64,000 nt of DNA from positions 328-64,327 of the forward strand of contig WRCC01000003.1 in the NCBI GenBank assembly GCA_009784235.1, written 5' to 3'. Shown here piece by piece: positions 57,120 through 64,000 of this stretch (within the stretch, counting starts at the first letter, position 1; every line of letters starts with the position of its first letter). The stretch is from Alphaproteobacteria bacterium. GTDB taxonomy: Bacteria > Pseudomonadota > Alphaproteobacteria > Rs-D84. The notes beneath the pieces were generated by a model. It saw only the letters and a list, made by a program, of their open reading frames with translations. It did no database searches and was not told the DNA's origin. A program made the position numbers and the translations under genes.

Positions 57120-57490
57120 TGTATCGGCGTTGGCAATGGCGCGGTTGGAATTATCGGAATGCTGGTGAATGTCTTGACACTGCCGATTGTTTCAACGCCC
57201 ATTCGCTGGACTGCATTATCTGCCTTGACACCTTGGGCTGCGGTTGCGAAATCAGAGGCATTCGCGGCAGCGGCCGTACCCAATGTCGGCCGACCAGATA
57301 AATCATTATAAGAACCAGATGTTGCAACCGGCGCCAAATCTGCGGTATTTGCTTTGCTGGCCAGCCCATCATCAACGTATGCTTTGGCCGCAATCATATC
57401 CACAGATGCGTGCGAACCCGATGCGCCAACCAAGGCGGCAATAAAAACAGCCAGCAAAAAATGTGCTTTTCTATAAAACATTCTCTGCAA
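57116..57490 (-). CDS. Small exported protein with phage-tail-fibre-like motif
   Basis: Signal peptide, then KANTADLAPVATSGSYNDLSGRPTLGTAAAANASDFATAAQG.KAD. Its stop overlaps the start of 56109-57119 by 4 nt. Confidence 0.55.
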   Translation of the reverse strand: MQRMFYRKAHFLLAVFIAALVGASGSHASVDMIAAKAYVDDGLASKANTADLAPVATSGSYNDLSGRPTLGTAAAANASDFATAAQGVKADNAVQRMGVETIGSVKTFTSIPIIPTAPLPTPIQ

Positions 57491-57527
57491 TCATTTTATC
57501 GGAAATTAGGATTTTTTCCAAAGCTTT

Positions 57528-58241
57528 TTAATACGAATTTTGCCGAATTAATTTTAAGTAATTTAAAAATAAATATTGATGACCACCAAAATATTCTTGG
57601 ATAAATGCGGCTGTCTGTCGGCCAACGTACAGATAATGCCATGGTTCGGGCATGATGCCAGTTTGTGATTCTGATTCACGTGTATATGAAACGACAAAAC
57701 CAAACCGCCACACATTGTGTTCCAACCATTGAATTTCTGGACGCATGCGCGCACGCGCACTGATTTCTATAAAATCTAGCCCATACCCCAATTGGTGTTG
57801 GGATGTACCTGGCGCAGCGCGACTGTGTGCACGACCACCATCACCATATATTATTGTCTGTTCATAATATGAACGATATCCAGATATCACAATCAATGGG
57901 CGACCGATTTCGGTATACATTGCCATCCCCATTTCATTCAGTGCTTGGATTACATTCGCATGAATATACATGATTTTATCCGCAATCAAAAACTGTGAAC
58001 CACGAATCCGCATCAAAGAATCCGGCCGAAAAAACCGTGACAGAGTATCACCCGGAACCTGGACATTTTTATAAAAATGATGTTCATGACCCAAATTATA
58101 AAAAGCATGCAATTTCGACGACGCAGGACTTTGATATTTCGTCCGCGTTGATTGATTATGTTCATGGTCGCGAAAATCTTTGGCCGCAGCGCCCGCGCCC
58201 AAAAGATTCAATAAAGCAAATAAATATAATTTCCGATACAT
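57528..58241 (-). CDS. M15B (VanY-like) D-alanyl-D-alanine carboxypeptidase family protein
   Basis: SGYRSYYEQ, PGTSQHQLGYGLDF and EPWHY are the three VanY-type zinc/catalytic motifs. Start is taken at MYRKLYLFALLNLLGAGAAA; the ATG at 58259 or TTG at 58277 are also possible. Confidence 0.8.
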   Translation of the reverse strand: MYRKLYLFALLNLLGAGAAAKDFRDHEHNQSTRTKYQSPASSKLHAFYNLGHEHHFYKNVQVPGDTLSRFFRPDSLMRIRGSQFLIADKIMYIHANVIQALNEMGMAMYTEIGRPLIVISGYRSYYEQTIIYGDGGRAHSRAAPGTSQHQLGYGLDFIEISARARMRPEIQWLEHNVWRFGFVVSYTRESESQTGIMPEPWHYLYVGRQTAAFIQEYFGGHQYLFLNYLKLIRQNSY

Positions 58242-58300
58242 CAGTATGATGTAACACATAAAAACCAATTTCGTCAAACTATTAATAAACTTGACAAATC

Positions 58301-59224
58301 TTGTTTATGCATTACAATTCCATTATGTTAAACAAAATCAAGAATTTTGCAAAAACAAACCGTGTTCTGATTCTTTGGACGATTGGTTATTTCGTCATGC
58401 TGTACTTGATATTTATAATGATATTTGGGTTTGATATGCTATCTGGCCGACATTTGAGCGCTTTGCCGAATGTTCGCCTGCGCGGCCTGGGCGGATTTGC
58501 ATTTGGCGCTTTGATTTTATCTGCGTTGCCTATTTATATTTCAATGGCAATATTCGCGATTAAAAACAAAAAAATTCCAAATCCATTTGCCGCGAATAAA
58601 AAAGATGAAAAAAAGAAAGACGATACGACACCGACCACTGATAACGTCGAACCAGTCGAATCAGACATAAAAATTCCAGATAACCTGCCCCGTGAAATTC
58701 GCGAACCATATATACGCGCAGCGCGAAATGCGGCACTGGACCCAAAATCTGCATTTGCTTTGCCGATAAAAGACGCAGCGGCGGAATTACCAATCGCGAC
58801 ACCGACCACAATGGCAATACCGGAATCATTTGATACGGCACCGGATAATAATTCTGCATTACCGTTACCAACCGATTTTGATTTCGATGCGCCAATGGAT
58901 AAACCAGCGCCAATGTTCAAAGAAATTAATTTTGGTTCGCCAACTAAAACCGATGACGAAATCATAGTCATGGAAAAAAATGGCAAAAAATTCGCCATCG
59001 CAACACACGATGATTCGGATTTCTGGACCGCCGACGGCGATGAATGGTTTGCAACCGGCAAACAAAAACCATCACCTGTGAATGCAGTAATCGACGCGGC
59101 CACCGCAAATGATGCCGAACCTGTCCTGTGTCTGGTCACCACCAACATCATGGATATTGATGGGCGTCGCACCGAATGGTCCGCGCACGGAATTAAAATA
59201 ATCAACGATATATCGGAATTATAA
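58301..59224 (+). CDS. Hypothetical membrane protein (about 300 aa)
   Basis: Three predicted TM helices in the first ~90 aa, then a K/D/P-rich linker. Start is uncertain (TTG 58301, ATG 58307 or ATG 58325). Confidence 0.5.
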   Translation: MFMHYNSIMLNKIKNFAKTNRVLILWTIGYFVMLYLIFIMIFGFDMLSGRHLSALPNVRLRGLGGFAFGALILSALPIYISMAIFAIKNKKIPNPFAANKKDEKKKDDTTPTTDNVEPVESDIKIPDNLPREIREPYIRAARNAALDPKSAFALPIKDAAAELPIATPTTMAIPESFDTAPDNNSALPLPTDFDFDAPMDKPAPMFKEINFGSPTKTDDEIIVMEKNGKKFAIATHDDSDFWTADGDEWFATGKQKPSPVNAVIDAATANDAEPVLCLVTTNIMDIDGRRTEWSAHGIKIINDISEL

Positions 59225-59225
59225 A

Positions 59226-60254
59226 ATGAATAATAAATATGAAAAAATATTTGATGAAGAAACAAACGACACAAATGAAAAACTGGACTTGGCGTTAATG
59301 CTTCATTATAAAACATATATCGATACTTATTTTTTGGATGATGATGGCGAATCATATAATATGGATTCCATAAAAACTCGTCGCCTGGACCCGCGTAAAA
59401 AAGATAAAGATGGCAGACTTCAAAAATATAATTTGTTCGATATATTAAACCGTTCTGGCGCAACATATTTCAGAATTAGAACACCTGAAACATTGTACAT
59501 CAGACTGACCGACCGCGACAACCGGGCAAATACCAGTGGTTTGTTTCAAACCAACTTTGTAAATTTGAAAACACGCATAGTATATGACCTTTATATTGCA
59601 CCAAAAATTATCGATAATGACAACAAAATTCTGGTGGACAGAAATGGCAAAATGGTGAAAAAAACTGAAACCGTATGGGGAATCCAAGACCAAGAACAGC
59701 TGGATAACGTTCTGATATCTATTGATAAGTGTATTTACAAAAAAGCATGTCGATTTTTCCAACAACGCAAAGCTGGGGAAATAATAAGACAAGGCGTAAA
59801 GCCCACAGCAGATGCAGAACACAAATATACGACCCAGTTTTACGCACTTGATTCTGATAAAAATACATTGCGCGAAATCATATCATCTGAACCGAACAGA
59901 CGTTATGAAACAAAGCAACTTATCTGGGATACAATCAAAGCAAATCGACAAATTGTTGCATATACTGTTACACCAGCCAATGATTTATCAATATCAACCG
60001 TTATGCCCGGTTTTACAGTTTATAACGGAAACATGCAAATGGATTTATCCGGATTTATTCCGCGCATAAATTGGATAGATGGAACACCTGCGCACATACA
60101 TATTGATTTCGGGACCAGCAAACCACGATTGATGGCCGAACGCAATATACCAATTCGCCAACATGACCAGGTCGAAAAAGCAATTGTCGAAGCCCAAGAT
60201 TTTTCAATGCGACAAATATTGTCCTATATGAAACGAAATAATATATTGGAATAA
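59226..60254 (+). CDS. Hypothetical protein (342 aa)
   Basis: The ATG is 1 nt after the stop of 58301-59224. AT-rich. No motif recognised. Confidence 0.5.
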   Translation: MNNKYEKIFDEETNDTNEKLDLALMLHYKTYIDTYFLDDDGESYNMDSIKTRRLDPRKKDKDGRLQKYNLFDILNRSGATYFRIRTPETLYIRLTDRDNRANTSGLFQTNFVNLKTRIVYDLYIAPKIIDNDNKILVDRNGKMVKKTETVWGIQDQEQLDNVLISIDKCIYKKACRFFQQRKAGEIIRQGVKPTADAEHKYTTQFYALDSDKNTLREIISSEPNRRYETKQLIWDTIKANRQIVAYTVTPANDLSISTVMPGFTVYNGNMQMDLSGFIPRINWIDGTPAHIHIDFGTSKPRLMAERNIPIRQHDQVEKAIVEAQDFSMRQILSYMKRNNILE

Positions 60255-60298
60255 ATATAAAAAAATCCCGCATTTGCTGGATTTTTTTATCTTATTTA

Positions 60299-60847
60299 TT
60301 AACCAGCATTGGTCCGACGACGTACCGTCGCGGTTGCCTTTGCACCGCCTGCTTTGGCCGCTGGGGCTTTGGCCGGGGTGGCGACTTTGGCTTTCGGCGC
60401 AGCTGCTTTTGGCGTCGCAGTTCTTGCTTCCGCTTTCACAGCTTCTGTTTTCGTGGTTTCCGTTTTCGGTTTGCCTTTGGCGGCCGGGTCGCGGTCAACG
60501 AATTCAATAATCGCCATCGGCGCAGCGTCGCCATAACGGAATCCGGCTTTCAATACGCGGGTGTATCCGCCCGGACGCCCTGCATAACGCGGTCCCAAAA
60601 CCGTGAATAATTTTTTCACAGCCGCGGTGTCATTGCCCAGTTCAGCGGCAACCAAGCGACGATTCGCGACGCTGTCGGTTTTTGCACGTGTAACCAGTTT
60701 TTCAACAATGCTGCGCAGCGTCTTGGCTTTGGGCAAAGTTGTTTTGATTTGTTCGCGTTCAATCAAAGATTTCGATTGATTCAAGAACAATGCTTTGCGT
60801 GCACTGTGATCGCGGTTGAATTTTTTTGTTGCTTTCATATGTCTCAT
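60299..60847 (-). CDS. rplQ: 50S ribosomal protein L17 with Ala/Lys/Pro-rich C-terminal extension
   Basis: [22 protein letters not shown]......E...I.TTLPKAK..R..VEKL.T.AK, then GGYTR..K...R.GD.A.MA.IE.V. ATG at 60847 follows an AGGAG SD. Confidence 0.92.
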   Translation of the reverse strand: MRHMKATKKFNRDHSARKALFLNQSKSLIEREQIKTTLPKAKTLRSIVEKLVTRAKTDSVANRRLVAAELGNDTAAVKKLFTVLGPRYAGRPGGYTRVLKAGFRYGDAAPMAIIEFVDRDPAAKGKPKTETTKTEAVKAEARTATPKAAAPKAKVATPAKAPAAKAGGAKATATVRRRTNAG

Positions 60848-60985
60848 AAGACGCTCCTGTGTTTGTTGTTGCCCCTTTGGGGATTGATTTGCAATATATC
60901 CTGAAAAAAATTCCCAGTAATACATTTTTCATAGGGGCGTATCGCATACGCCCCTACATTCTACAAATAATTTTGCGATGCAAAA

Positions 60986-62017
60986 TTATTTGTAAGGATC
61001 TTCATACTTTTTTGCCAGCTCGGCAATATTTTCCGGCGGCCAACCTGGGACTTCCATACCCAACGATAATCCCATTGCTTCCAACTGCGCTTTGATTTCG
61101 TTCAGCGATTTGCGGCCAAAGTTTGGCGTTTTCAGCATGTCGTTTTCGGTCTTTTGAACCAATTCGCCCAGCCAGTTAATTTTATCATTCTTCAAGCAAT
61201 TATTCGCACGAACCGACAATTCCAATTCATCAACGTGTTTCAGCAATTTCGGATCAAACGGCAATGCTTCTTTTTTCTTTTCTTCTTCGGTCGGCAGATT
61301 GATTTGTGCCGGGTCTTCGAAATTAATAAAGACAACCAATTGGTCGGTCAGAATGCGCGCTGCCAATGCGATTGCATCTTCTGGCGATACCGCACCATTG
61401 GTTTTCACGGTCATTTCCAATTTGTCATAATCCATGCTTTGACCAACGCGGGTCTCAGAAACATTTGTCGCGACGTTCAAAATTGGGGAATAAATCGAAT
61501 CGATTGGAATCACGCCCAGTGCCGTATGTTCACCGCGATTAACATGCGCCGGCACATATCCACGGCCCGTGTTCAGTGTGATTTCCATATCAAGTGATGC
61601 ACCTTTGTCCAAGTTGCAAATTTCCGCATCTTTGTTCATAACGTGCAAATTTGCACCTGTTTCAATCATCCCGGCGGTAACAACAGCCGGACCTTTGACA
61701 CGCAGGTGTGCTTTTTGTTGGCCTTCGACATCGGCTTTGAAATAAATACCTTTGATGTTCAATGCGATATCGGTAACGTCTTCGCGAACACCCGGAATGG
61801 ATGAAAATTCATGTCCGACACCGTCGATTTTAATATGTGTCGGCGCGCAACCTTGTAACGAAGACAACAATACGCGACGTAATGCAGTACCCATAGTCAA
61901 ACCGAATCCGCGTTCCAGCGGTTCTGCGACCAATGTTGCAATGTTTGGATTTTTTTCAGATACTTTGACGTGTAATTTTTTTGGTTTAATTAACGTCATC
62001 CAGTTTTTTTCAATCAT
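60986..62017 (-). CDS. rpoA: DNA-directed RNA polymerase subunit alpha
   Basis: [21 protein letters not shown] and a C-terminal domain ..[20 protein letters not shown]...E.DML...NFG.KSL.EIK. Confidence 0.96.
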   Translation of the reverse strand: MIEKNWMTLIKPKKLHVKVSEKNPNIATLVAEPLERGFGLTMGTALRRVLLSSLQGCAPTHIKIDGVGHEFSSIPGVREDVTDIALNIKGIYFKADVEGQQKAHLRVKGPAVVTAGMIETGANLHVMNKDAEICNLDKGASLDMEITLNTGRGYVPAHVNRGEHTALGVIPIDSIYSPILNVATNVSETRVGQSMDYDKLEMTVKTNGAVSPEDAIALAARILTDQLVVFINFEDPAQINLPTEEEKKKEALPFDPKLLKHVDELELSVRANNCLKNDKINWLGELVQKTENDMLKTPNFGRKSLNEIKAQLEAMGLSLGMEVPGWPPENIAELAKKYEDPYK

Positions 62018-62100
62018 GATATATCCCTTTGGCTTAGTTTATCATTTTCACCGTGAAGGCATGCGATTTTATACTGGAATTCAGCAGAAGTCAAATGTTT

Positions 62101-62718
62101 TTATCCTGCGCGCCCGCGGTCAAATCCATATTTCTGGCGCAGCGCATCTGTGAACCTACGCCCAACTTTGCGGCCGGTTTTAAATGCTTCGATTTCAATC
62201 GGATTTTTCAGATAATATTCCATATTTTCATGCGGTTGGATATAATTTTGGGTACTGGCCGCCACAATATCCGGCGTCAATGCGGTTTCTGTATTTCTGA
62301 TTTGATAAACATGTTGTGATTCATGCGCGATGGATTCAATGATTTCATCATGGTCATCGGAATCCAATAATTTATCATAAAAAGACATCTCGCGCCCATT
62401 GGTTGATGCCAACGCGCCGTGATAACTGCCCGGAAATTTTACAGTGACATCCCTCGTAATTTTGCCGAATTTCAATACATACGGAACCAATTTTTCGATA
62501 TATTTAATACGCGCCAAACGGTCCAGATTTTTCCAATCAAACACCCGACCGACATATTTTGGGAATTTTTTATAAAAAGAATTGAAATGGTTACGGAATG
62601 AAATTGAGTAATTTTCTATACTGCTGAAACTGACGGCTGCATTTGCGCGGTCTATTTGTTTTTTGCGATAATCAAGCCAAGCTTTTTTAAGAACCCAAGC
62701 ACACCTCTGTACGTACAT
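62101..62718 (-). CDS. Hypothetical protein with HExxH motif
   Basis: 205 aa, no signal peptide, AHESQHVYQ motif. AT-rich. Lies between rpsK and rpoA. Confidence 0.5.
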   Translation of the reverse strand: MYVQRCAWVLKKAWLDYRKKQIDRANAAVSFSSIENYSISFRNHFNSFYKKFPKYVGRVFDWKNLDRLARIKYIEKLVPYVLKFGKITRDVTVKFPGSYHGALASTNGREMSFYDKLLDSDDHDEIIESIAHESQHVYQIRNTETALTPDIVAASTQNYIQPHENMEYYLKNPIEIEAFKTGRKVGRRFTDALRQKYGFDRGRAG

Positions 62719-62863
62719 ATTACAGGATAAATTTTATCGATTTCAATGGGGAAAAGAGCACGGAACAAAAATAATAACCATGAACACATCACAAAACAAT
62801 TCTTGACAAACATATAAAAACATGCAATTAATGATAACGAATAGATAAAAAAGGACTTATCAT

Positions 62864-63259
62864 ATGACAAATCTCAAAAACAAAACCATATACGGAGCAA
62901 AAAAAGTTATTATTAGCACTGCTATCGCTGGAATTATGTTGTGTGCAAGTACAACGCTTACCGGTTGTAAAAAAGAATCTGCCCCTGTTGGGTATGTCAA
63001 TTATGCCGATTATAATACATTGGACAAATTGATGGCAATGGATTTGAATATATTAAAATTAACACAACAACAATTTACAACTGAAATTGACCCATACCTA
63101 GAAAATTCGAATAAAAAATTTTATTCGCAAACCTTCGGAAAAACTTTCACAAACTATGAAGCGCGGAGATTTAATGAATTAATGATATCTGTCATTGAAC
63201 AAAGAGAAAAAGGATTAGCCCTCTCCTATTCGGATTTCGTAAAAAACAACGTAAGATAA
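62864..63259 (+). CDS. Putative lipoprotein (131 aa)
   Basis: Signal peptide with an LTGC lipobox (..MLCASTTLTGCKKE). Confidence 0.55.
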   Translation: MTNLKNKTIYGAKKVIISTAIAGIMLCASTTLTGCKKESAPVGYVNYADYNTLDKLMAMDLNILKLTQQQFTTEIDPYLENSNKKFYSQTFGKTFTNYEARRFNELMISVIEQREKGLALSYSDFVKNNVR

Positions 63260-63291
63260 CTATCTTTCTCGCTCTCTCATTCTTTTAAAAT

Positions 63292-63320
63292 AAAAAATCC
63301 GCCAAATGGCGGATTTAATT
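63292..63320. terminator. Bidirectional terminator between the lipoprotein gene and rpsK
   Basis: A-run, ATCCGCC-AAAT-GGCGGAT, TTTAATTTT. Confidence 0.65.
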
Positions 63321-63704
63321 TTACACTCGGCGAACTTTCTTCGGTCTGCAGCCATTGTGCGGAATGCGGGTCGTGTCGGTAATCGATTGGACAATCAATC
63401 CGCCGGATGTCAGTCCGCGGACCGCCGGCTCACGCCCCTGGCCGATACCGCGCATCAAAACGTCGACGGTTTTCATTCCATGTTCGGCTGCTTTTTTCGC
63501 AACGCTGTCCGCAACGATTGTCGCGGCGTACGGCGTCGATTTTTTCGCACCTTTGAAATTATTCGCGCCGGATGTTGCCCAGCAAAGCACCGCGCCCGAC
63601 GCATCCGTAATCGTGATACGCGTATTGTTCATGGTCGCCAGAATATGCGCCACGCCATGCGATACTTTTTTGGTAATTTTCTTTTTTGTGTTCTTTACAG
63701 CCAT
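63321..63704 (-). CDS. rpsK: 30S ribosomal protein S11
   Basis: GVAHI.AT.NNT.ITITD..G......S.G...FKG.KKSTP.AA and a C-terminal ITDTTRIPHNGCRPKK.RRV. Confidence 0.95.
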   Translation of the reverse strand: MAVKNTKKKITKKVSHGVAHILATMNNTRITITDASGAVLCWATSGANNFKGAKKSTPYAATIVADSVAKKAAEHGMKTVDVLMRGIGQGREPAVRGLTSGGLIVQSITDTTRIPHNGCRPKKVRRV

Positions 63705-63721
63705 TTTATAAACCTTATTTA

Positions 63722-64000
63722 TTATTTACCTTTCGATGCCGAACCAGCCACGACAACGCGTTTGCCTTTGCGTGTGCGGGCATTTGTTTGTGTACGTTGT
63801 CCGCGCACTGGCAAACGATTGCGATGACGGATTCCGCGATATGCTTTGGCATCTTGCAGACGTTTGATATTCATCTGGACTTCGCGGCGCACGTCACCTT
63901 CGACTTTGAAATTTTCTTCGATATAGTTCGAAATATTGATAACGTCCGCATCGGTCAAATCTTTGGCACGCAACGAATCTTTGAATTTCAGCGCCTTGCA
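63722..64000 (-). CDS. rpsM: 30S ribosomal protein S13 (5' end beyond the window)
   Basis: VEGD.RREV.MNIKRL.D...[22 protein letters not shown]. The ORF stays open to the window edge. Confidence 0.9.
   Translation of the reverse strand, partial: CKALKFKDSLRAKDLTDADVINISNYIEENFKVEGDVRREVQMNIKRLQDAKAYRGIRHRNRLPVRGQRTQTNARTRKGKRVVVAGSASKGK

Noticed and set aside
58534-59466. 310-aa minus-strand ORF spanning the 58301-59224 / 59226-60254 junction
   Set aside because: It overlaps two co-directional plus-strand ORFs that have TM helices and tight coupling. The antisense product is low-complexity (S/A/F/I-rich). The plus-strand genes are themselves only moderate-confidence calls.

Overview
This 64-kb chromosomal window probably comes from an alphaproteobacterium, possibly a host-associated Rickettsiales- or Holosporales-like lineage. 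That placement is inference from a clear CcrM orthologue, an rpsM-rpsK-rpoA-rplQ cluster without rpsD, and palindromic intergenic repeats that also enter reading frames. About two thirds is housekeeping: pgk, ftsY, clpP, clpX, priA, rnc, lepB, secG, infA, prmC, parC, rpsU, ccrM, nrdR, slt, rnhB, grpE, tpiA, a ppiD-like gene, rplQ, rpoA, rpsK, rpsM, tRNA-Pro(CGG) and tRNA-Arg(ACG). The rest is accessory and is dominated by signal-peptide proteins I cannot assign to any described family. The strongest candidate for something undescribed is a multi-locus paralogous family of large cysteine-rich exported proteins at 6440-9177, 21043-25946 and 28492-31331. Members share an N-terminal C-x6-C-M-x3-C...C-x-C signature and recurring C-G-x-[DNE]-[FWY]-x-x-C units. 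One member carries an OmpA-like anchor, and one cluster sits beside an autotransporter built from dozens of 7-10-residue GGxIxNM repeats. Other accessory content: an islet with a MuF-motif/GH24-lysozyme fusion between an orphan tRNA 3' fragment and tRNA-Pro; a winged-helix + IbrA-like (PP-loop/PAPS-reductase-like) + IbrB-like (ParB/Srx) cassette; a two-gene insertion splitting the rpsK-rpoA cluster; and an AT-hook protein next to ccrM. There are also four kinds of dispersed repeat, one of which is a 35-bp five-heptad element lying in-frame inside priA and prmC. No CRISPR array, rRNA, transposase or integrase was seen. All functional calls come from reading the supplied translations by eye; no searches were run.
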